From Centroscyllium fabricii (Eukaryota), in the NCBI GenBank assembly GCA_051313645.2, contig JBNRSN020000058.1:806001-870000 (forward strand): a DNA stretch of 64,000 bases, written 5' to 3'. The translations under genes were made by a program, and so were the position numbers. Below the pieces are notes generated by a model. The model had not been told where the DNA came from. It saw only the letters and a program-made list of their open reading frames with translations, and did no database searches. Shown here in pieces: positions 11,831-23,017 of the stretch; positions within the stretch are counted from its first letter, which is position 1; every line of letters begins with the position of its first letter.

Positions 11831-13316
11831 CTACCGTGCCCAGGTAAGAGTGGTGCGGTTTGTAAACAAGAGTCCTTCAGCATCGATAATACGGCTCGAG
11901 GTGTTTTTCGATCTGAAGATGTGGGCCCTGAAAATCTGAAAGATGCAATCCTGGTGCTTATGCTGGAATTGCACCAGCCATCGCCCTCCAGTACCAGAAT
12001 TTGCAGAGTCAGTGTGTGCATAGAGCAGATAGGAGCAAGTGCCTCTGTAGTGCATCAGACCAGAAAATCCAGCATCTGACTGTCTTTGGGGATGGTGGCC
12101 CAGCACCTACCCCCGCATTCCCCATATCCCATGCAGACCTCAATCAGCCCCATGTGTATGGGGACCAATATTGATTCTTTAAAAAAAATTGGAGCATTCT
12201 TTGAGGGCCAGGTCAGGTGGAGCCCATTGCTGTCCATCTAGAGACTCGTAAGCTTCTTCTCACTTGGCGTACCAGCCTCCTGTGCAACCTTGAGTCCTGA
12301 TTAAGTCAGAAAAAAATGGAATTCCTTTGTAGGAGTTGCCACCCTTATAAGAGATGACCAAAGGTTCTGCCCCTTAAAAGGCGTGTTGGAGAATCTGTTC
12401 ACCAATGAATTCTGCCAGTTTACTCTCCGTGTTACAGTGGAAGACCACCACGGAATTTTGTGGCTGTTGTCTCCACATGCACTGGTCTCCCCTATCCAAA
12501 TCATGCACCACTATAAGAACATCTAAAAAGATTCCTATCCTCCCTGAAGAGGTGCAACTTGTAGTGCAACCTTAATTAGGAAGACTTCAGGAAGGAATGG
12601 CATTGCAAACTGAAGACTTTTGCACAAGCACAGATTCAGGAAGGAAATAGAAGTTTGCAACAAGTTCAGTGCAGAAGCAGAGAAATAGTCCTGGCCAACA
12701 GAGTACACTGCACAGCAACAGAAAAAAAATCAGTACTTCTCAGTTAAGTTGCATTCCAAAGGAGGCCTGGGTTATTTAGCAATCATGCACTCATTACATA
12801 TGGACAAAGTCATGAAATTCAGCAATTTAAATAATATACAAGTTCAATGAAATATCTCCATGTCCATAGCTTGGCCTCATTCTGGCCTCCAAATGCACAC
12901 GTCGCAAAATGCAGCACACAGCAGGTCGAGCATGCAGTCTTTTACCATCACCCCCACCCCTCGTGCCCGCTGCCAGAAACACCCTGTGCTGCTGGCGAGA
13001 CCTCACAAAATTGAGTCTAGATGCGGCACAGAATTAAAAGGTTACCTTGAGCTTACTACAGCTATCAAACTGCAGCCTGCCTTTGAAGTTTTGTAGTAGA
13101 GTTCAAAAGGTCATGACTTCAGGATATAATCAAACTAACACAGCAACATCTTCAATCACAAACAAGTAGAACTGGCCAACCTCTCAACTACCTTACCATT
13201 GTTCAACAGCAGTCAATAACCTGAAGACTCTGCAGGAACCCAGCTTCCTCGTTTGTGAAAGTAAATCCACTGAACTATTATAATCCCGATCGAGTAACAG
13301 TTTCAATAATAAATCA

Positions 13317-13581
13317 TGATGTGGAGGTGCTTACAAAGGTGTTTTAACACATTAATCAGGCATATGTTAATCATTAATATGTTAAAATATGTTAAAACAC
13401 CTTTGTCTGCTCTGTGTCTCTCTGCTGAAGTGTGATGTGGGAGAGATTAGATTGCTCTCTCCCTTGTATATATGCTGTCTTTAAATTAACTTCTCTTTCA
13501 CCTGAGGAAGGAGCAGCACTCCGAAAGCTTGTGATTTCAAATAAAACTGTTGGACTATAACCTGGTGTGTGTGACTTCTTG
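13317..13581 (+). mobile_element. Short Penelope-like element (pseudo-LTR remnant) with 13-bp TSD
   Basis: Direct repeat caataataaatca at 13304-13316 and 13582-13594. The 3' end gcttgtgatttcaaataaaactgttggactataacctggtg is shared with 34358-34549. Confidence 0.8.
13498..13534 (+). ncRNA. Minimal type I hammerhead ribozyme motif
   Basis: tcac-CTGAGGA-A-GGAG-cagca-CTCC-GAAA-GCTT-gtga: stem I tcac/gtga, CUGANGA core, stem II, GAAA, palindromic AAGCTT helix III region, predicted CUU cleavage triplet. Confidence 0.75.
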
Positions 13582-13959
13582 CAATAATAAATCAAATAAG
13601 GGAGTCCATATTGCGGAATCCAAAATCTGCCTTTTGTTCTTTCTTGGTCTCTGTCACTGCTGCTTCAAAAATGGGTCACAGTGGGATACAATCCCGTGGG
13701 CACTTACCACCTTTGGTTACCTTACAATGAACATCAGCTGCTTGACCATGAGAAACATTGCAGCTGTGCAAAGTACTTTCCTCACCCAACGTCTACAATG
13801 TCAGCAGAGGTCACTGGATAATGATCAGCAGTGAGAGAGAACTTTGGCTTATTTCTCCTCTCCCATTTCAAAAGTGCTGAAAATAATCCTGATGCCCCCT
13901 CACTGAGAATTGCCAGTATCAGGGATCAAACCTGGGAACATCCTGGTCTCTATTACACA

Positions 13960-14097
13960 ACAACAACAACTTTATTCATATAGCGCCTTTAACATAGTAA
14001 AACGTCCCACAGTGTTGCACAGGAGTATTGACACCGATCCACATAAGGATAAATTAGGGCAGATGATCAAAAGCTTGGTCAGAGGTAGGTTTTAAGG
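13960..14097 (-). mobile_element. L2/CR1-type LINE 3' tail
   Basis: (caa)n then ctttattcatatagcgcctttaacatagtaaaacgtccc...aaaagcttggtcagaggtaggttttaagga. Same family as 133-1030. Confidence 0.6.
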
Positions 14098-14867
14098 ACC
14101 ACGTGGTGCATTCATCTACTGAGCCATGGAGGCGTTTTTTGGCTTGCTTTCCCCTTTTTTGCTTGGCCTCTGCAATAGGTCAACTAAGATAGGGAGGACA
14201 GGCCAGCGGCAAGTGTAAGCCCATATCCTGACACTGTTCTGTTATTTTTCTAGTTACCTCCCTTGTTATTTTCTCCTTATTTCTCATTTCTGCTTGCTTC
14301 AAACTTTCGTAGCCAAGCTCTTTTCTGATCAGCTGAAATTGACAAATTTTGTTACTTGGCATTTCCTTTGTATTTTTCATATTTTTATACTCCTCCGTGT
14401 CATTTTCATTCTGCATAGAGAATAATCGAGATTGCTACCTCCAGGTGACATATAAGCCCTGATTTTAATGGGGGGTTGGGGGGAGGAGGGAAGGGGATGG
14501 AAACAGTGTGCGCAGCAGGAGGCTGCAGCTGGGAACCGCCCCCAGTAGTCAAGTAAATGAAGTGGGGGGTGTTCTGGATGCAATCGGAGGGAAGAGCAGG
14601 GGGGGGGGGTGTTGGGAGCCCAGGGCAAGCAAGACCCAAGGTTTCATTGTGTGTGGGCTGGTGGAGCACTCTCCTATCTTCTATGTTTCTTGCGGCTTCT
14701 GCAGGTGAGATAAAATCAGGATCACCGCGTCACAGCACCAACACACTGCCATACATTGCCAGGATATTTGTCTTCACACACGAGGGAATGGCTGCACGAT
14801 CATGCGCTTCCAGCAGCGAAGCTACAATGTCATGTCTTAAGTTGGAGCTACAGTAGTATACTGTAAG

Positions 14868-16220
14868 GCTATCTCCAACTCCCTCTTCACCCACGACTGT
14901 GCGGCTGTCCACGGCTCCAACACGATCACAAGTTTGCGGACGACACCACGGTGGTTGGTCAGATCACCAACAACAATGAGTCAGCCTACAGGGATGAGAT
15001 TCAGCGCCTTGTGGGATGGTGTGCCGATAACAACCTGGCACTGAACACCAAGAAAATCAAAGTGGATTTCCGGAAGATTAAAAGCAGAAGACACACCCCC
15101 ATCTTCATCCAAGGGGCTGAGGTGGAAAGGGTGTCCAGCTTCAAGTTTTTTTTTATTCATTGATGGGATGTGGGTGTCGCTGGCTGGCTAGGCCTGCATT
15201 TAGTGCCCATCCCTAATTGCCCTCGAGAAGATGGTGGTGAGCCACCTTCTTGAACCGCTGCAGTCTTATTGTTTTCTGTAGCGATTGTTTACAACTGAGT
15301 GGCTTGCTGGGCCATTTCAGAGGGCATTAAGAGTCAACCACATTGCTGTGGGTCTGGAGTCACATGTAGGCCAGACCAGGTAAGGACGGCAGATTTCCTT
15401 CCCTAAAGGACATTAGTGAACCAGATGGGTTTTTGCAACAATCGACAATGGTATCATGGTCGCCATTGCTAAGACTAACATTTAATTCCAGAATTTAATT
15501 GAATTGAATTTAAATTCCACCAGCTGCCGTGGTGGGATATGAACCCAAATCCTCAGAGCATTTGGCTGAGCCTCTGGCTTACTAGTCTAGTGACATAACC
15601 ACTATGCCACCGCCTCCCCAAGTTCCTCGGGGTCCACATCTCGGAAGACCTCTCTTGGTCACTAAACACCTCCTCTCTGATTAAGAAGGCCCAACAGCGC
15701 CTGTACTTCCTAAGGAAGCTGAAAAAAGCCAAGCTGTCATTCGGGATCCTCACCAATTTCTACCACTGCACAATCGAAAGCATACTGACAAGCTGCATCA
15801 CAGTTTGGTATGGAAACTGCACCATCTCGGGTAGTCAAAACTGCCCAACGAATCACCGGCACCCAGCTACCATCAATCGAATGCACCTACCTCAAACACT
15901 GCCTACGGAGGTCTCTGAACATTATTAAAGACCCCACACACCCCAGCCACAGTCTGTTCGCCCCCCTGCCCTCCGGGAGACGCTACAGATCAATCCGCAC
16001 CCGCACGACCAGATTCAAGAACAGCTTCTTCCCCAGGGCTGTCAGTCTCCTGAACTCTAACAAAAAACTCCAGTATCTGCACACCTGAAATGTACTTTAC
16101 TGTATGCAATTGTATGTAACTTATTTGCACTACTCTCGGGAGTGGCGAGTCTTCGTTTCGTTGTATTGTACTTGCACTCTGCAATGACAATAAAACTTGA
16201 ATTGAATTGAATTGAATTGA
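14868..16220 (+). mobile_element. Rex1/Babar-type LINE, 3' part of ORF2 and tail, interrupted by a SINE
   Basis: KFADDTTVVGQITNNNESAYRDEI...WCADNNLALN...VERVSSFK|FLGVHISEDLSWS...RTRTTRFKNSFFPRAVSLLN, ending caatgacaataaa then (ttgaa)n. Confidence 0.85.
15148..15619 (-). mobile_element. tRNA-derived SINE with CR1-like tail, inserted in the Rex1 RT
   Basis: Head ggggaggcggtggcatagtggttatgtcactagact on the minus strand. The tail matches the LINE end at 24400-24520. caagtt is duplicated at 15142-15147 and 15619-15624, and removing the SINE restores SSFKFLGVHI. Confidence 0.85.
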
Positions 16221-17812
16221 AACTCCTGGTCCCTACAAGTATGGCTTCCCTGTCAGAAGCACAACATCACAGAATCATCTCAAATATCTTGCCAAACTAT
16301 TTCAAGCTCATTGTGTGTGCAGTGGGGCTTCTTCAGCAGCTCCCCTGCCCAGGTTTGTATCCATAACATTTAATGCACTTCAAAAAGAAAGTAATTTATC
16401 ACGCAAAATGCTTTGAGATCATTGGACTTGAAAACCGCAATATCAATGGAAGTAATATTATTTATTGAAATCTCACAGAATACTATCATTGTTCCCCATG
16501 TGCCATCATAACATATACAGACACCGGGAAAAGTTCCACTCATGCTCGTATTGCAAATTTTAGAACAAAAAAATTAAATTTTTGCAAGAACCATTCAAAA
16601 GTTTCCAGCTCAAAATGTAATCAGCTCATCCAGAGCCTTTCCAGGAAGTGACTTCTCCCCAAGCAGGGGTCCTTCACAAGATAGAAGTCTCAAAGCTGGG
16701 CAATAACAAAACTAGCTGAGCTGACAATTAGAGCAAACTGCCCATTTGGAGGTTAAACAAACATATACAAAGGCCGCGATTTTGCCAACGCTCAGAGGGC
16801 GGGTTCGGAGGCGGGTCAACTGTTAAATTTGAAATGATTGACGACAGGTCGGGAACCCACCTCCGTGTGAGTTTCCAAAGTGTCTGGTCTGCGATTTCAG
16901 ACCCAGCACCAAGCAGTGGGTGAGGCACTTAAGATAGTTAACTGCTTGTTAACTCCTATTTTGCCAGCATTTTTCTATTTTCCCACATTTTTAACGGCTT
17001 TCCCGTTGTTCGGAGGTCACGTCAGGTAAGTAGGTCGGGTTCTCTGTATGTCTCCCCATTGCCATGAATAGGTGACGGCTGGAAAAGTGGTATGAAAGCT
17101 ACCATTTCACAGCTGTTCACTTTCCAATGTCAGAAGCTTGAGCCTTCAGGACTTGGAAAACACTGTTGAGCTGTATGCTGTTTGGAAGTGTTTGGAGTAA
17201 ACTCTCTATCCACTGTCACCTCCTTGGAGCAAGCTCTCTCACCATTGACAGATCGCTTCTCTCATCTCAACTTCAGCTGCCATCTATTCCAGCAACATCG
17301 GTGCCCTTGAAAAGTCTCACCTTGCTCTTCTGAATCCCTCCACGATCAGTCCCAACACCAACATCACCAGGCACACCAGCAGCACCACCAACCTTCTCTG
17401 CAATCACCTGATGCTACACAGGACACAGGGCATTAACACCTGACCACATTTCTGCCTGGGAGGCCAGTGATGTCATCACCATGGCCAGATTTACTTCACT
17501 TGACGCTGTACACCCTGGCTGCCACATGATGCGCCAGGTTAACACCATCCCACACCAACACCATAAAGCATTCAGACAATGACCAAGCTATTCCTCACAC
17601 TCATCACCATTGCGGGGGTACTGCTATGTCTCACCATTCACTGCAATACACGAAGACACTTCCAAAGGTGAGCACAGATCTGTACAATAAGGCAAAGTGT
17701 TGAAAATAAAGATTTCAATGTTTCACAACACAGTAACAGAAAATTTACATGAACATTGCAGAAGACACCCAAGTGCCTACTCTTGTGTGTTGTTAGTTGG
17801 AATGATTGGACT

Positions 17813-18243
17813 AGATAAGATAAGATAAGATAAGATAAGATTCAATTTATTGTCATTGTAAAGTGAACATACACAAAACAACGAAATGCAAACATGCAAT
17901 CTCCCAAATTATTAAAATGTCCTTTAGTCCCAGTCTGATCTATTCCATCCCACCAGGACCACCCGGCGCTGCAGCCATGATGCGCCCAGTGCCCGGCCAC
18001 GCAGGCCCTGGCGCTCCGGCCCCACAGCTCCCGGCCCTCGACGGCCTCGCAGCTCCCGGGCCTCGCAGCTCCCGGGCCTCGCAGCTCTCAGCGCCCGACG
18101 GCCTCGCAGCTCCTGGGCCTCGCAGCTCTCAGCGCCCGACGGCCCCACAGCTCCCGGGCCTCGCAGCTCCCGGCCCCCGACGGCCCCACAGCTCCCGGGC
18201 CTCGCAGCTCTCAGCGCCCGACGGCCCCACAGCTCCCGGAAGA
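17813..18243 (-). mobile_element. Non-autonomous retroelement with Rex1-like 3' tail and GC-rich tandem repeat
   Basis: Minus-strand end catttcgttg...caatgacaataaattgaat(cttat)n resembles the Rex1 tail at 16155-16220. The body is a cggcctcgcagctccc-type minisatellite at about 18010-18240. Confidence 0.6.
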
Positions 18244-18307
18244 GAGTGAGTGTGAGGGGTGGCTAGTGAGATGGGGAAGTGATAATGTAGATAGAGAGGG
18301 ATGGGTG

Positions 18308-18813
18308 TAGATAATGTAGATAGAGTGTAACATCCGGAGGCAAGATGGCGGCGCGTGTACACGCAGCGGCTTTGCGTCTCCCGGGGATGCTGTCCGCTGG
18401 TAGTCCTGAGGCTGTTTGCTCGGTGGGGATGTCGGGTTCAGCGTGGAGGTGCACAGAGGTCGGACTTGTTGGAGCACTGGGGAGCCTGTGAGGTCACCGA
18501 GGTCGAAACGCTGGAGGTCAGCAAGTACGGAGCACTGGGGCCAGCAGAGACAGAGTGCCGGTGCCTGTGTGGTCACCGAGTTCGGAGCGCTGGAGGTCGG
18601 CGGGTTCGGGGCGCTGGGGCCAATGGAGTCGGAGTGCCGGTGCCTGCGTGGTCGGAGCTCCATAGAGGGCCAACATAGAGTGAACAGTCTGGGACTTAAA
18701 AGCAATGGACATTTTAAACAACTGCATCGTTCTTGGGAAGGTTGCAAAAAGACATTTCGTTGCACTGTATTTTGCTGTGCAATGACAATAAATTGAATCA
18801 AATTCAAATTCAA
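18308..18813 (+). mobile_element. Non-autonomous LINE-derived retroelement with Rex1-like 3' tail
   Basis: 5' ggaggcaagatggcggcgcgtg, non-coding GC-rich body, 3' catttcgttgcactg...caatgacaataaattgaatc(aaattc)n. atgggtg occurs at 18301-18307 and 18814-18820 as a possible TSD. Confidence 0.6.
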
Positions 18814-20539
18814 ATGGGTGGAGGTGCAAGGTAAGTTGGTGTGAGTGAGGATGTGCAGGAGTAGGGTAGGGAAGGCAGAGTGATGGGGATGTGAGGAGTG
18901 GCACAGCAGGATGAGGTTGAGTGTGGCTTTGCAGTAACGTTTCGTGATCTACTGAGATCATTGAAAGCTTTGCAGCACTGCAGCCTGGTCCTCCTGACGA
19001 CATCACTGCTTTTTCCCTCCTGTGCAATGTGCACCCAGGCTGCATTGGTGTCCTAGGGAGGTCTCTTCCTCCCATGGGAAGGGAAGAGAATCTCCCTGCG
19101 TGCTGTGATTCCCTCTATAAGCATATGGAGGGAGTCATGGGAGAGCCTGGGTGCAGCCCTGTACCTTTGTGCAGTGCTTGTCAGTGTTTACGGCACCTCA
19201 ATGCTGCAGAACACTGACAGCACAACTGTCAAAATCAATGTGGCTGTGGTCCCTTAAAGGAAACCAGCTGATGGCGCTTTATCAAATGACATAATCAGAC
19301 CCACCTCCCTTTAATTGGTCGGGAATCCCGCAGGGCGGGCTTAACGACCCAATCAACGGAAAATCCTTTTGACCTAGCGGCTGCTGACGGGAGCGGGACC
19401 AGAACCTGACAGCCAGCATTCCCGCTGCGAACCCACCTCTGCTGGGAAAATCCAGCCCAAAGAGTGGCCCACCTACAAAACAGCATTGTAGAACACAAGT
19501 CAAATTAAACAGGAAAAATAAGTTAAGCAAATTCCTGGCGGACACCTACTCTATACGAGAAGAAGTCTCACCAATCTAGCTATGGATTCGACACCAAAAT
19601 GCCTTCCTCTTTCTAATGTATCACTTTGTACAAATCAGCATTCATGTTATTCTTTTAAATCTCTAGAATGATGTGCTACAGTTTTTTTAAAGTTAGTTTT
19701 AAATTCCAGTCAAAAATCAAAAAAAGATTGAAATCCAATCTAGGGCTTGATACGTGGCCTGACACATGCTTTGTACTAATGCTTATGTTGTGAACTGGCA
19801 CCCTGTAAAAACTGAATCATTTGTGGTTAGAATTTCAACTTTTGATCATATCTAAATTTATAGTTGTAGCTGGAGGAAGCCTAACCTTTGAGGGAGCTTG
19901 AAACCACTTACAATTAGTTTTGTGGTTTTTGAAAAAAGACTTGTAATGACTAATGATGGAAAACGTGGCTTTACATAGTAGCTCTGCTAGACATAATCCT
20001 AATACCAAATCATCAGAAAGCGCTTCTATGCCAATTCTTTTTTATAGATGTATTTTTTTCAGTGCCTTAGTAGCTGGCATTTTGGACCATGAACTGTAAG
20101 ACCAGAGTTTAAATCCCAATATTATATCATACTCCCGGTTAGCCTATTTCCAGGGAGGTTTTGCTGGGTTCAGCCAGGGTGCTGGGGATCAGGACCTTCC
20201 TAAAAGGCGTGCCAAGTTGGCCAAGAAATAATATTAACAGATTTGGTGCAGCCATCCATAGGCTGGAGAGGATTTTAAAAATGACCCACTTATTAATTTA
20301 AAAAAACTTGCTCTGTTCTAAAAAAAGTAAACCTTGCATAAAATCCAATTCAACACCAAGCTGTATCAAATTTTTACCATAAAACATGTTTAATATTTGA
20401 ATTTTTGTACTAGACATTCTAAATAAACATACCATTGTGAAAAAAAATGTACTAATTGGAAAGTTGTTCCTTATTCCTTTGACAGAAGTTGCTTGACCAA
20501 TAAAAGCACTATTCACGAGAAACAACTATCAAATTTCCC

Positions 20540-20940
20540 GGGCGGCACGGTGGCATAGTGGTTAGCACTGTTGCCTCACAGCGCTCGGGGCCCGGGTTCA
20601 AATCCGGCCTCGGGTGACTATTTGTGTGGAGTTTGCACATTCTCCCCGTGTCAGCGTGGATTTCCACCGGGTGCTCCGGTTTCCTCCCACAGTCCAAGGA
20701 TGTGCGGGTTAGGTTGATTGGCCAGGATAAATTGACCCTTAGTGTTAGGGGGATTAAATATGTGGGGTTACGGGGATAGGGTGGGATATGTGTCGGTGCA
20801 GGCTCGATAGGGATTGAGGGATATGGGGACAAGGCAGGGATGGGGTGCTGAGTTTGGATGATCAGCCATGATCTCATTAAATGGCGGAGCAGGCTCTAAG
20901 GGCTGAATGGCCTACTCCTGTTCCTATCTTCTATGTCTAT
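20540..20940 (+). mobile_element. HE1/V-type SINE with alternative, longer CR1 tail
   Basis: Same head and core as 1304-1620. The tail matches the CR1 3' end at about 29095-29225. Confidence 0.9.
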
Positions 20941-22636
20941 CTAAATGTGGTACAATATTTAGTGAAACTGCTTATTGTTGCAAGACTAATATTTCATGAC
21001 CCTTACTCCAGCATTGTTTTTGCACAACACATAGTTAATGCTGTTTATAAGCCTCTCGCAATCACAATTCAATATGGCAATCCCTTTCAAACTTCTCATT
21101 TTGCCAATCAACAAACTGTTTTTAAAGCAACTGTCTTTTAGTTTCTCGAGAGAAAAATCATGACCGGACCAGCAGACCAGTGGAGTACACGTGAAACATA
21201 CTGCAAATCTTGGAGGGAATGCCTGGGACTTAAGATTTAAAATAGCTTAATGTTTGAGATGTGAAAGAGAAAATAGACAGGCTATTCCTACAATAGTTAT
21301 TTTTTTTTAAGAAGAATTCCTTTTTTTTTCAAACGGGGAAAATATATAGTTTCATTCAAATGCGAATCTAATATTCATTCGCCATCACCATCACGTCCCC
21401 TGTCTCTCATCATGTTGGCTCAGCCTTATTTCCAGACAAAAATAAACACTTTAAGACTTTACTTGTTTGTATTCCCCTCAGCAGTGTGCTACGCATCAGC
21501 AGCTAAAAACAAAGAAACTTTTAGCTGCTCAGACACAGTACAGAAGCGCCTTGAACAACGAACCAGGGGAGAACATTCACAAAGCCTGACAGTCCGTTCA
21601 ATGCGAACTTCAGGGCCATAATGCATTCCAAGTCCCTGCACTAATTAAATATGCATTTGCACAGCCCGATCGATGCGAGTCATGGATCGGGTGACACACC
21701 TGCGCATCTTGGGCCGAAAGCTCCCAGAGAAAACACAGCCGCCTCCTTATCTTTTTTCATAGGCTCTCGATTTCTTCACCCAGATAACTAATTTAATTCT
21801 CTCACCCTTCAGCGAAACTGGATTAGGAAAGTCAATACTTTCTTTGTGCTCTGATGGTGGATACTGTGCTTTTTATTCAGTTTTGACCTTTCGACAAAGA
21901 CAAGACAATGGCACTGGCTCCTACAGAGACCTGATGCTCCAGGTCTCACGGGGAAGTAAAATATAACAGAAAACAGAAACCCCGGCAGGTCTCCCCAGAC
22001 AGGTGCCCCCATCCCTGGGGAAGGTGAATAAAAATAATAAGATGCAAACTGTTTAGATCTATAAGCAATAAAATGGGTCTTAATATACCCCAGATGTAAC
22101 TCTCCGCCGTCAGCAAATATGGTTGGAATGATGTCACCATGAAATGATAACTACAGTACCACACAGTGAAACGATAACCGTCCTTGAATCTGTAATTATA
22201 GCACTGGATATTGCAAGCGATTTTTAAGCAAAAAGAAACCCACGCTAATTTTTAATGTATAGGTTGTTCCCGTGCTTCCTTTCTTGCTCCAGATTAAAAA
22301 CCAAGCCCCTGATACTGTCACAGGAAATGGGGCCTCTGCACGAGGCAGAGAGATGGGTCTTGAAAATAGAGAGATTTTACATGCTGCAGTCAGACCACAA
22401 TAGAAGCAAAAACAGAAACAGAATTCACGTCCAGAAGAGCCATCACACAGTGAGGTGCACAAGCCAAAGCCTGAATGTACATCCCATAAATTTTAAGGGA
22501 GGAGCACTTGTGATTGCGGGATGGGTGCTCTTTGCATTGTTGGCATTTTCGTAGTTCAATCTAAAATCAGGAACATTTTACTCACAGAAACAAAAGTCTA
22601 AAGATCAGCCAGTTTTACAGTAGGCACATAATAATA

Positions 22637-23017
22637 TATGTTGGGCACTGGTAATCCAGCACCCGATGGTCCAGCACCTTCAGTGGTCCTGCACGAAATC
22701 AAAGTGGCGGTCGTCAGTTTGCCAAGCAGCCGCTCGGCGGCGCCAGCATTTCCCCCGGTGCCAGCATTTCCCGCGGTTTGGTTTGCTGCTATTTTAGGTG
22801 TTCTATCCCCGGGCTCCCTCCCGGGGAGTGTTCCACCCGCATGCTCCGGCCCCGTGGAGTGTTCTACCCACGAGCTCCGTCCAGCATCTTCAGTGGTCCT
22901 TGGACTGTTCTACCCGCGCGCTGCGGCCACTTGGACTGTTCCACCCGCGCACTCTCCGAACCTTCAGTAGTTCGGAATTGTCAATGGTTCGGTGCCGGAT
23001 TACCGGTGCTCAACCTG
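22637..23017. mobile_element. pogo/Tigger-like MITE
   Basis: Decayed left TIR tatgttgggcactggtaatccagcaccc, right TIR ggtgccggattaccggtgctcaacctg|TA, internal gtgttctaccc units. Confidence 0.8.

Larger units (their letters stand above)
16772..19458. mobile_element. Internally deleted PIF/Harbinger transposon with Myb/SANT-like gene remnant
   Basis: Imperfect TIRs ggccgcgattttgcc...gggcgggttcgg / cccgctgcgaacccacc...ggaaaatccagccc, flanked by aaa on both sides. Minus-strand peptide HIAQEGKSSDVVRRTRLQCCKAFNDLSRS (18930-19030) resembles the Harbinger Myb/SANT DNA-binding helix (RT..QC.K.FNDL). Confidence 0.7.

Noticed and set aside
20540-20612. tRNA gene candidates (also near 1550-1620, 15530-15619, 42001, 44190-44257, 50335)
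   Set aside because: The A and B boxes are heads of SINEs that continue into SINE core and LINE-derived tails.
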